DNA of 64,000 bases from Spirochaetia bacterium (lineage in GTDB: Bacteria > Spirochaetota > Spirochaetia > SP-2023). Below are positions 53,501 through 61,743 of this stretch, in pieces (the stretch's first letter is position 1; each line of letters starts with the position of its first letter). Made by a program: the position numbers and the translations under genes. The notes beneath the pieces are model-generated. The model was not told where the DNA came from and did not search any database. It saw only the letters and a list, made by a program, of their open reading frames with translations. The stretch is from NCBI GenBank assembly GCA_965225855.1, contig CBDDCK010000004.1, forward strand, positions 279,006-343,005, written 5' to 3'.

Positions 53501-55557
53501 TTGCCAGCATCAATATTGAACAGGTATACCACCAAATTATGCTGGAAAACAACATGGGTAATCAATACCAAGTATTTACCCACATCTGTTTAAGCGATAC
53601 TTTCCATACCTTGCAAATGCAACCAAGCCAAGACGAAAGCCCACTCTTTTTGTTCGCCAACAACCAACGCCGTAAAACCCAAAAGGAATTGGATATTACC
53701 GTAATTATGGGCAACCCGCCCTACAGTGCGGGGCAAAAAGCTGCTAACGATAACGCCCAAAATGTAGCCTACCCTGAATTGGACAGCCGCATTGAAAAAA
53801 GCTATGTAGCAAATTCTACAGCCAACTTGAAAAATAAATTGTACGATAGCTATATCCGTGCGATTCGTTGGGGTTCTGACCGTTTGGGCGATAGTGGCGT
53901 GATGGGCTATGTTTCGGGCAGTGGCTATATTGAAAAGACGGCAATGGACGGAATACGCAAATGCCTGGCAGAGGAGTACAGCAATCTGTATGTGTTTAAT
54001 CTGCGTGGTGATATTCGCAAAAATATGCTATCCAAAGGAAAGGCCAAAGAAGGGCAAAACGTATTTGGTTCTGGTTCTATGACCGGTATTGCTATTACCT
54101 TGTTTGTGAAAAATCCCGAGGCCACAGCACACGGCAACATTTATTACCATGATATTGGCAATGAGTTGAGCACCAAGCAAAAATTGGCCATCATTGATAA
54201 CTTTCAATCCATTCAGGGCATTACCAAACAAACCAAGCCTTGTACCATCGGTGGCATGGTGGGCTGGCAAGCCATCACGCCCGATAAATATAACGATTGG
54301 CTGAACCAACGCGACGAAAGTTTTTATGAGCATATACCAATGGGGGACAAAGCAACAAAGGGCAAAGCCGATACCCCAGCCATTTTTGCAAACTATTCCC
54401 TTGGTCTTGCGACTAATCGTGATGCGTGGTGCTATAACAGCAGTAAAACAAAGCTAGCCACCAACATGCAAAAGATGATTGGCTTTTATAACAGTGAAGT
54501 AGAACGCTACCAAGCATCCGATAAAGCAAAAGATGTTCAAGATTTTGTCAGTAATGATGCAACCAAGATTAGTATTTCAGGTAGTACGCCGGAACATATG
54601 GAACAGGGTATAAAATATACATACTACTGCCAAAGTATTATACTAAGTGAATACCGCCCTTTTTCTAAACAATGGGCATATTATAATAAGCAATTGAATC
54701 AAAGAACCAACCAACTACCCCAAATATTCCCTATGGCAACCGATTTACCCAATCGCTGTATTTGTGTCTCTGGTATTGGGTCTCGTAGTGGACAGTTTAG
54801 TGCTTATATAGTTGATACTATAACAGATTTATCTGTGTTAGAAGGAACACAACTATTCCCATTAAAACTATATGAAGAAAATACGGATACAAAATTATTG
54901 CCTCAAGGGGCAAAGAGATACAAGGTGCGTGATGGTATTACCGACTATGCCCAACAGCATTTTGCCTATGCAGAAGGCGCGCCCTCTAAGGAAGATATTT
55001 TTTATTACATTTATGGCGTGTTGCACCACCCAGATTATACCGCCAAGTGGCAAAACAATTTAACCAAAGCCTTGCCCCACATTCCCAAAGTAAAAACCTA
55101 CTCAGCTTTTATGGCCTTTGCCACAGCAGGGCGAGCCTTGGCTGAACTGCATATTCATTATGAAAATGTAGAACCCTACCACGCCAATTTTGCCGAAGGC
55201 CACCACGCTTTGCTAAACTTTAGCGATGAGCATTACCGCGTCAAAAAGATGAAGTTTGGCAAAAAAGGCAAAGAGATCGACAAAAGCACCATTATTTATA
55301 ACGAGCATATCACGCTGCAAAATATCCCATTGGCAGCATATGATTATAAAGTCAACGCCCGCTCTGCCATTGAATGGGTAATGGATAGGCAAGTAGTCAA
55401 AACCGACCAGGCCAGCCAGATTGTAAACGATGCCAACGACTTTGCCTGCGAAACTATGAATAACCCCAAGTATCCGCTAGAATTATTGCAAAAAGTGATT
55501 ACCGTATCTTTGGAAACCCAGAAAATCATCAAGTCCTTACCCAAGCTGGAATTTTAA
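50569..55557 (+). CDS. Type ISP restriction-modification enzyme (Mrr-like nuclease, SF2 helicase, N6-MTase, TRD)
   Basis: DTGIDLVA...IQCKFY, MACGTGKT, DEAHR, LSEGVDVPALD, DPFTGTGTF, GNPPYS, TNRDAW. Confidence 0.93.
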   Translation: MSNLESLQTLLHSVREQAIDDDGDSDTSKQRDKGTFFEHLTQSFLQNDKAYASQYKEVYTYADWAAEQNISTQDTGIDLVAETDDGGYCAIQCKFYASDYKLQKQDIDSFMNASGKVPFSQRLVVDSTMGKWGHNAEAAIQNQQIPVSRLTIAEMADSSIDWSQYQKETNTVKVFDGVKSLCPHQQQALDKVAKHFQSQERGKLIMACGTGKTFTSLKIAEQQAGIGQRVLYLVPSLALMQQTIKEWFADTETDIYGISVCSDSSIGKKTGQKMSQKDEDMADISLADLAIPATTDAKKVADKVNKAPKDNMTVVFSTYQSIQVVSAAQNQYNMADFAIVICDEAHRTTGVTLVGDDESHFVKVHDNQIIRSSKRLYMTATPRIYGDTVKDKAEEVAAELASMDDEQLYGGVIHTVSFNEAVENDLLCDYKVIVLALEEGAVDKAFQRLFTNDDYELNLEDTTKLVGCYKALSKIGLKSDDITDPTPMRRALAFCRSIKKSEDIAKSFPIISEDYGKQVADNKLAPLAIEMQHVDGTYSAAARKQWLEWLKEQKDNEKGDKESNKKTCRILSNVRCLSEGVDVPALDAVMFLHARNSMVEVVQAVGRVMRRAQGKKMGYVILPIGIPAGTEPDQALDKNKSYKVVWQVLNALRCHDERLEGTINRASLGGDISDKIEVVAMADALPSKTEAQSPKNDIGSGGGNNGDNDPNVAGQELQTNKPQEFDFQDKVNQAIIAKLVKRCGTRDYWEDWAKDIAQIAQTHIERINTILEQGDSHITATFANFVAELQQDLNPSVSCAAAVEMLAQHIITKPVFDALFANHDFSASNPVSVAMEEVLQVIERPSLETETDSLKKFYASVQRRVQGTKAVAERQQLIMQLYDKFFRGAFPKTTAQLGIVYTPTEVVDFIIHSIDDILRNEFGSEIGAKGVNILDPFTGTGTFITRLLQSGLITPKQLPYKYQNEIHANEMVLLAYYIASINIEQVYHQIMLENNMGNQYQVFTHICLSDTFHTLQMQPSQDESPLFLFANNQRRKTQKELDITVIMGNPPYSAGQKAANDNAQNVAYPELDSRIEKSYVANSTANLKNKLYDSYIRAIRWGSDRLGDSGVMGYVSGSGYIEKTAMDGIRKCLAEEYSNLYVFNLRGDIRKNMLSKGKAKEGQNVFGSGSMTGIAITLFVKNPEATAHGNIYYHDIGNELSTKQKLAIIDNFQSIQGITKQTKPCTIGGMVGWQAITPDKYNDWLNQRDESFYEHIPMGDKATKGKADTPAIFANYSLGLATNRDAWCYNSSKTKLATNMQKMIGFYNSEVERYQASDKAKDVQDFVSNDATKISISGSTPEHMEQGIKYTYYCQSIILSEYRPFSKQWAYYNKQLNQRTNQLPQIFPMATDLPNRCICVSGIGSRSGQFSAYIVDTITDLSVLEGTQLFPLKLYEENTDTKLLPQGAKRYKVRDGITDYAQQHFAYAEGAPSKEDIFYYIYGVLHHPDYTAKWQNNLTKALPHIPKVKTYSAFMAFATAGRALAELHIHYENVEPYHANFAEGHHALLNFSDEHYRVKKMKFGKKGKEIDKSTIIYNEHITLQNIPLAAYDYKVNARSAIEWVMDRQVVKTDQASQIVNDANDFACETMNNPKYPLELLQKVITVSLETQKIIKSLPKLEF

Positions 55558-55775
55558 CTGGAATATAAACTTGCAATGTGCTGACCAATTTCTAAATAAC
55601 GTTGGTATTTAGCAGCCCAGGCTTTGGTTTGTTCTATCGACCTTGGGTACAAAGGTTCGTCATAATGAGTCCAAAAATTCATAGCCTCTATCTAGGAAAT
55701 TGGCAAAATGGCCGCTACCCACTGCAGCAGCCATTGCCGCACCTTTACAACCAGATTCACGGGTGTTTTTAAATG
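55554..55775 (-). pseudogene. C-terminal remnant of an FGGY-family sugar kinase
   Basis: ESGCKGAAMAAAVGSGHF then off-frame ...P...KYQRYLE. Confidence 0.55.
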
Positions 55776-55931
55776 ATGCAGGACGCGATAACTTTGTGCC
55801 ATCGGACGTGATAACTCGATTTTTTTCTACTTTCCAGAATGGGTATTTTACCCAATAGCTACTTGAAGTACCACTTGACACAATTTGCAATTGTTGTTAT
55901 CTTGCCACCAAATGTTGTGCCGGTACAACAT

Positions 55932-55961
55932 TTCAAAAGGGCAACTGGTTGCCCTTTTGAA
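55932..55961 (-). terminator. Intrinsic terminator ending the tail operon
   Basis: TTCAAAAGGGCAAC-TG-GTTGCCCTTTTGAA perfect hairpin, 9 nt after the stop at 55971. Confidence 0.8.
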
Positions 55962-55970
55962 TCAACCGAT

Positions 55971-56618
55971 TCATAACGATTCATAACGAGTATCTATATT
56001 CCACTGCGCTGGCAGCAAGTCCTCTAGTAGTTTTACTTCTGCTCTTATATTTTGGTGCTTTGGCATTTCGGCTATTGTGGTATGTATGGCCGATTGATTT
56101 GGCCAAAGCTTCTCTTTACAACGCACACGGCCTAAGTTAGCTACTTTTTCTGTGGCAATTTCGCTGCTTAACGCTTTAAACCCCATACTTGCCGAATGCA
56201 ATTTGATTCTTTGTTGTGCTTTGGTATTGTTGTTGCGCTCTAATTTGAGCGTATAACCCAACGTTTTCGCTATACCTGTGATTCCCTCTTGTGTACTAGC
56301 TTGGCTGCCTATCAACGTTACTAAGATTTTTATTCGTTGCGCTAATTGCCTGCTTTCTAGCAAACTGATACCGGTAGCTAGTGCCCAAGGCTGTATTTCT
56401 TTGGCTGTTAGTGGCGATGTTTGGGCATGCAAACTATACAGAATATCCTCTAGCTTAGCGTATTCTTGTGCCCAAACTTCGCAAAGGCGGTATATCTGGC
56501 CGTTGCTATCTTGCTTTTCATCTTGCCAAAGTTTACCTTGTGGCAATAACGCTAGCAAAGCATCTCGGTATTGGGCTACACTATGTCTACCCAAAAGTTT
56601 GGCTACATCTAAGCCCAT
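55971..56618 (-). CDS. Mu gp48/YmfQ (DUF2313)-like baseplate protein
   Basis: YRDALLALLPQGKLW, IAKTLGY; follows baseplate J. Confidence 0.8.
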   Translation of the reverse strand: MGLDVAKLLGRHSVAQYRDALLALLPQGKLWQDEKQDSNGQIYRLCEVWAQEYAKLEDILYSLHAQTSPLTAKEIQPWALATGISLLESRQLAQRIKILVTLIGSQASTQEGITGIAKTLGYTLKLERNNNTKAQQRIKLHSASMGFKALSSEIATEKVANLGRVRCKEKLWPNQSAIHTTIAEMPKHQNIRAEVKLLEDLLPAQWNIDTRYESL

Positions 56619-57643
56619 GTTACTGTTCCTAATGTTAATATTTGCCTTTGGGTGCTGCTTATATCTGCGGTTGGCGACTGAATTGCCACACTGTTTAGCC
56701 CCGTAACATTGTCTTCTAAGTATTGATCCAACTTCTTTAGGATAATCTTGGCTTGGGGTTTCTGCCCCTTGCGAATATAGGTTTGTAAGGAATTTTCTAC
56801 CGCTACGCGCATATCGGCCGTGTTGGGCACGATGGCCAAGCGAAAGTCTAAAGTTTTCTTTTGTGCCTTAACAATTGTTGTCTCTACTCCCGCTAATTTC
56901 TTTTGCGCTATCGCTGTTTGGGCATTTTGCAACGCACCATTGGAGACACTTGCCAAATTGTTACCGGCGATCACAATTGCCAAAGTGCCTTTGTTTTCAA
57001 AGTTGGGCACTTCCCAAGCCTGCACGATTTCATCGCTGCTATCGGTGGCCCAAATCGCATAGTCGCCTTTTTTGCCATACAAGCTGCCCCGCTTTTGGAT
57101 AGTATCCAAGGCACGACTGCGATAATCTTCATCGCTTTCGCTATTGCTGCCACCTGTGGCGCTAACCAAAACTTTGGTCGACATACCGCTAATTGATGAT
57201 TCCCATTTGGCTTTTTCATTGGTTGCATTGCCGGCCGCTCCGGGCTCTTTGGCCTGCACCTGTATTATTTGATTTGGGGCACTCAAAGTAGTTTCTTGTA
57301 AGATACTATATCGCTGGCCGTTGTCAGCGCTAATTACGCTATCCTTTGGAATAACAGAGCCCAAACTGCCCGCCACAGTAGCCGTGCCTTTGGCCTTTTT
57401 AGCTGCCATGCGCAGCAAAGGCCGCCATGTGAGTAAATTGTCCAAAAACTTGCCCGTGGCGGTTTGCGGAAACAATTGCTGGGCATGGTAGTCGATCATG
57501 CCGTAAGCCAAGTGCATTGCGCTGGCGTGCATTCGTGCCATCACTTCCAAAATGCCTTTGCCTTCACTCTCTAAATCGGGGAATTGGGTTTTTATTTGCG
57601 CTAGGTTGCGCTGTTCTAAAGTCTCTAATGTGGGGAAGTTCAT
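56609..57643 (-). CDS. Baseplate J / Mu gp47 family protein
   Basis: FPTL, FPQTATG..LD, PGAAGN, GG...ESDEDYRSR, G...DY..WA. Confidence 0.92.
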   Translation of the reverse strand: MNFPTLETLEQRNLAQIKTQFPDLESEGKGILEVMARMHASAMHLAYGMIDYHAQQLFPQTATGKFLDNLLTWRPLLRMAAKKAKGTATVAGSLGSVIPKDSVISADNGQRYSILQETTLSAPNQIIQVQAKEPGAAGNATNEKAKWESSISGMSTKVLVSATGGSNSESDEDYRSRALDTIQKRGSLYGKKGDYAIWATDSSDEIVQAWEVPNFENKGTLAIVIAGNNLASVSNGALQNAQTAIAQKKLAGVETTIVKAQKKTLDFRLAIVPNTADMRVAVENSLQTYIRKGQKPQAKIILKKLDQYLEDNVTGLNSVAIQSPTADISSTQRQILTLGTVTWA

Positions 57644-57918
57644 TGGCTTACCTCGGTTATTCTATATTGAAACTCGCTATTTTCCTGCCAAGTCTCTACT
57701 TCTACCGGTAAATGCGCTACGGCCTTTAATAGGCTTTGGCGCAGCTTTAGGTAGTTTTCTCGGGTTTTCTTTAACTGGTTGGCTTGGTGTAGTTCACTGC
57801 CTAAATTCTCATCGGCAAACCAATTGCCCAATTGCGTTTGTATGGCTATTTCGGCTTGTTGGGCTAGTGTGGGCTTAGCGAGACTTAGCATAAGTAAACG
57901 CCTCATTAATGTAGTCAT
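57640..57918 (-). CDS. Mu gp46-like baseplate protein (short/divergent)
   Basis: WFAD..LGSEL resembles the gp46 WW.D...GSRL motif; synteny; start may be 57891. Confidence 0.5.
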   Translation of the reverse strand: MTTLMRRLLMLSLAKPTLAQQAEIAIQTQLGNWFADENLGSELHQANQLKKTRENYLKLRQSLLKAVAHLPVEVETWQENSEFQYRITEVSQ

Positions 57919-58789
57919 AATGCTGTTTGCGTTTTGTTCCTAGGCTGGCAAATTCGGCTTCGCTTGGAAATGTCAAAGCTCCTGCCCGCCCTAACTTTTT
58001 GTTTACATCGTTCATATCTACACCATGATAAGCCGCAATGCCATACTTTAGGGCATCTTCAGCACTGCGCCCTTCTGCTATGCGCTCGGCTGCCCGTTTT
58101 GTTTTCATTAGCAATACAGCACCAATCATAAAGTTTTCTAAGACTTTAACGTTTTTCTTATCCATTGGATTGTACTTTACGCTTAGGTCATTGAGCTTGT
58201 ATGTCTCAATTTGTTTCTTCATTTGTTTTTTTAGCTCGATGGCCTGCACAACCTTATCTAAATATGTAGAGAAATAAGAGCCATAATCTTGTATGGCTTC
58301 GTCCCAATTTGCTTGACCTATCTGACCCCGTCCTACTGTGCTATTGAAATTAGGGGAAAATGCCCCTATTCCACCATAAAGCCCTTCAACCAATAGTATG
58401 CCAATCCCTGCTGAAGCCAATGCAACCCAGCCTGTTGGAACACCTAGTGTCAGAGCTAGGCCAAACTTTGCCGCAACAGCACTAACTCCAGCCGCTCCAG
58501 CCGCGGCGATCCAGCCCACTTTATCCATTTCCACAATACCACGAACGGGCAGAGCCATAGCAAACAAAGCCCGCCCCCAAGCATCGGGAATCGAAGGCAT
58601 ATCATCGTTCAGCTCCCAAAACATCGCTTCTGCATTAATAATGCCTTGTATTACTGCCCCAGATTCTAGCAAAGTTTTTAGTTCTGGCCGAAAATTGGTT
58701 TCTGTTTCTGATAACAAAGTTTGCATAACCAATTGCTGTAGTTTGGTATCGGTTATATCGGTTTGTATTTTGCCAGTTTGTATATTCAT
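57875..58789 (-). CDS. Lytic transglycosylase-like protein with a hydrophobic insertion
   Basis: GIINAE, GRGQI, NFMIGAVLL, IAAYHG. Confidence 0.5.
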   Translation of the reverse strand: MNIQTGKIQTDITDTKLQQLVMQTLLSETETNFRPELKTLLESGAVIQGIINAEAMFWELNDDMPSIPDAWGRALFAMALPVRGIVEMDKVGWIAAAGAAGVSAVAAKFGLALTLGVPTGWVALASAGIGILLVEGLYGGIGAFSPNFNSTVGRGQIGQANWDEAIQDYGSYFSTYLDKVVQAIELKKQMKKQIETYKLNDLSVKYNPMDKKNVKVLENFMIGAVLLMKTKRAAERIAEGRSAEDALKYGIAAYHGVDMNDVNKKLGRAGALTFPSEAEFASLGTKRKQHYDYINEAFTYAKSR

Positions 58790-59505
58790 GTAGGCGCTCC
58801 TAGCTCTAATTCAAATACCCCAATTTTATTTGCTTTGTCCTGTTTGCCTTTGTCTTTTTGGCTTTGTTGTTGCTCTTCGGTATTTTGTGCTACCTTCTGT
58901 TGTTGTTGTTCTCGTTTTTGTTGTTGCTCTTGTTGCTTTTGGGCACTTTCGGGCTTCTTGCCTTTTTGTAATAATTTGTCCAGCCTTTGGGCTATCTCGT
59001 CTAACTTTTGGCTGCTATTTTGCGAAAGCCCAACTCCCGGGTTGGTTCCCTCTGCTTTAGCAACCGTACTACTGCCTCCCGGAACAGCTACTGAACCCCC
59101 GTTTACTTCGGTATCAATTTTTGCGGTGGTCAAACCTTTAATGGCCGTTAACAGGTCTTTTAGTAGGCTATAAAGGTCTTCTTCATCGCTGTGTAGAGAA
59201 AGCTTGCCCGCAGCCTCTAAATGCAAACTGCCATCGTCTTTGTAGTACAATACTTGGCCGTGCTCACTGTACAACAACACCTCGCCCTCTTTCAATTCAT
59301 ACAGTTTTTCGATATAGCCCAAAATACCAGAGCGTCTGCTTTGGTTATCAGATTGCAATACCACCGCCATAGATTCTGTAGGTAGATGACGCTGTAAACC
59401 ATAGGGCTGTAAATCTTGGGTCTCGCAGCTAAAACTACCGTTTTGAGTTTGGATACAATTTTCTTCTAAACTACTGCGACTGACCTTGTGGACACTAACT
59501 TTCAT
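58786..59505 (-). CDS. Baseplate spike / Mu gp45 family protein with Q-rich C-terminal extension
   Basis: QPYGL...P, LKEGEVLLY...G. Confidence 0.75.
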   Translation of the reverse strand: MKVSVHKVSRSSLEENCIQTQNGSFSCETQDLQPYGLQRHLPTESMAVVLQSDNQSRRSGILGYIEKLYELKEGEVLLYSEHGQVLYYKDDGSLHLEAAGKLSLHSDEEDLYSLLKDLLTAIKGLTTAKIDTEVNGGSVAVPGGSSTVAKAEGTNPGVGLSQNSSQKLDEIAQRLDKLLQKGKKPESAQKQQEQQQKREQQQQKVAQNTEEQQQSQKDKGKQDKANKIGVFELELGAPT

Positions 59506-60608
59506 AAGCCACGAACCTGACCTTTGCCATCAAACTTAGGCTTGTTGTTATTCTTTTGTTTTTCCAGATTACTCATCGTTACCATAGTTTGTTTGGTTTG
59601 TGGTTTGGCTGCTAAATTTTCGCTGGGACGTGTTTTTAAGTCAAAAGCTGCTTTGTTGCAACACGATAGCTCTGCTCTATAACCGCCGTATTTAGATAAG
59701 CTCAAAGCTACGGCATACACAAAAAAGCTGCGCTTCTGGATTCCCAATTCTGGCATTTCTATCAAGATATTGCTGTTTTCGTACCAATGAGTTTTACCAT
59801 TAGAAATTTGCCAACCTTGGATACTAAGCTTGATTTTTTGGCTCATACCATAACGCCGATTGCGTTCATTCTTTAATTGAGAACGCAATAAACCAATACT
59901 TTCGCCATCGGTGGGAATTTGCAACACACGGCTTTTGCGTATGCGATTATCTGTTTCTTGGTATTCTGTGGCGGCTATCACGCCTTTGTACTTGTGATAG
60001 CACTGGCTCAAATCTTGTGTGTATTCTAAGTCTATTATGTTACTCAAGCCAAAAACTTCGTTGTTATTGAGAATATCACTTTTTACTTTGGCTAACTCTA
60101 GCGACCCCCAACCGTTGGTAATGAGCATTGCGCCTCTGGCCTTAGCCAAATCGTTGAGAATGCGAAACGGGCTTTCATTCTCACAAGCAAAGCGCACCTT
60201 GCCCAAACTTTGGCCTGCGGTATTGCTGAACGGCACAGAATATTTTTGGCAAACTTTTTCGACAACATCGCTTATCTCGCCATCAATACCTTGCAACGAA
60301 TCGACCGAATCTATCAAATCCAAAGCATAACTTCTTGCGCTGAAAGTAGCACTGTAGCCACTGCCCGAAAGCTGTAAATTCACATGGTCGATATAGCCAC
60401 AAAATATAGGGTCTTTGTGCTTGCCAAGTTTTTGCTCGTCCCAAAAGACTTGGACTTTATCGCCAGCTTGAAAATCTACATTAGTTGGCATTAAAATACA
60501 CGAAAACCCGTAAGCAAAGTTTTCTAGGCTGCGCTCTATGCGTACATTGTCGATATGCGTAAGGGCTTGTGCACCGACATACACCGTAAAGCGCAATTCA
60601 AGAGACAT
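59502..60608 (-). CDS. Baseplate hub / Mu gp44 family protein
   Basis: V.IERSLE, GYID, RS...DLIDS, ES.F..L..LA, QGW; synteny. Confidence 0.8.
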   Translation of the reverse strand: MSLELRFTVYVGAQALTHIDNVRIERSLENFAYGFSCILMPTNVDFQAGDKVQVFWDEQKLGKHKDPIFCGYIDHVNLQLSGSGYSATFSARSYALDLIDSVDSLQGIDGEISDVVEKVCQKYSVPFSNTAGQSLGKVRFACENESPFRILNDLAKARGAMLITNGWGSLELAKVKSDILNNNEVFGLSNIIDLEYTQDLSQCYHKYKGVIAATEYQETDNRIRKSRVLQIPTDGESIGLLRSQLKNERNRRYGMSQKIKLSIQGWQISNGKTHWYENSNILIEMPELGIQKRSFFVYAVALSLSKYGGYRAELSCCNKAAFDLKTRPSENLAAKPQTKQTMVTMSNLEKQKNNNKPKFDGKGQVRGL

Positions 60609-61743
60609 ACAGCACCCCGCTTTCAGGAAAAAACGGATTAGCAACTAAGCTAATATTTTTACCCTGCACGCGATGCAATGCTACAGGCAACGGCTCATCG
60701 GTATGCAAAGTTTTCTGTTGTGGCAAGCTAGCCATACGACTAGCTATTGCTGCATAAAAAGATTGCTCTATTTTTATAAGTTGTTCGTATTGGGCATAAT
60801 CGACTTTCGGTTTTATTTTGGAAAGTAAGGCATCTAAATCTTGCTGTATTTGTTGGGCTTGCTCTCTGCTTTGGGCTTGGCTATCAATGGCTTGCGCTGC
60901 TGGATAAAACAATGCCACAATTTGACTTGCGCTTGCTTGTAATTGCATTTGATATTGTTGCAATGTTTGCCCGTTTCCCAAAGCTTCTAAGCGTTTAAGG
61001 CCTCTGTTTAGATTGGCGATAGTTCGTTTTAGATTGACAAGCATTTTGTTGGGCACACTCAAAATAGCCTGTGCTAAATTGGCACTCATGTTCATAATAT
61101 TGGCTGCTATTTCAGATGGGGCTAAAGTGAAATTGTGCCATTCATCTACAGCTAAAAGCAATTCTTCCATGAACGCAAAAGGCACTTCTGCCAAACGATA
61201 CAGGCTTTGGATTGCGTTGTTTAGATCAGCAAGCTCTTTGCGTATTTGGGCAGGGTTGAATTGTTTATCGTTGGGAATTAAATGCATACGGCGTTCACTC
61301 GCTGCTGCAAACTCTTTTTGTAAGGCCAAGGCTTGCGGTTCTAAATCGGCACTGGCTGCGATACTACTTAATTCTTTGCGCTCATCGGCACGCAAAAAGC
61401 TAAGACTAAAACCTACATAAAACAAGCCATCGGCATAGTCTTGTTTTTCTTCTACACTTTGAACAAAAACCTCTAACTCGCCATAACTGGGGTGCACTAA
61501 TTTACCAACACCTCTTTTGTCTAATTCTTTGCGCAAAGCTGCTGCTTTCTCATAAGCATCATTGCCAGAAACAAAGGCTTGAATGCTAATAGCTTCACTT
61601 GCAAGGCCTAAATCGTCTTTTGTACTATGTGATGCATAGGGGCTGTGGTACTGCACCAAAGCATGCTGTGTTGTTCGGCTGCTGCTAGGCACACTAAAAT
61701 CAATCCCGTTATAACTAGCTTTATAAAATTGGGGCAATTTCAT
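60598..61743 (-). CDS. Mu-like DNA circularization/tail initiation protein
   Basis: ASYNGIDF, DLG, GKLVHPSYG, NPFF. Confidence 0.85.
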   Translation of the reverse strand: MKLPQFYKASYNGIDFSVPSSSRTTQHALVQYHSPYASHSTKDDLGLASEAISIQAFVSGNDAYEKAAALRKELDKRGVGKLVHPSYGELEVFVQSVEEKQDYADGLFYVGFSLSFLRADERKELSSIAASADLEPQALALQKEFAAASERRMHLIPNDKQFNPAQIRKELADLNNAIQSLYRLAEVPFAFMEELLLAVDEWHNFTLAPSEIAANIMNMSANLAQAILSVPNKMLVNLKRTIANLNRGLKRLEALGNGQTLQQYQMQLQASASQIVALFYPAAQAIDSQAQSREQAQQIQQDLDALLSKIKPKVDYAQYEQLIKIEQSFYAAIASRMASLPQQKTLHTDEPLPVALHRVQGKNISLVANPFFPESGVLYVS

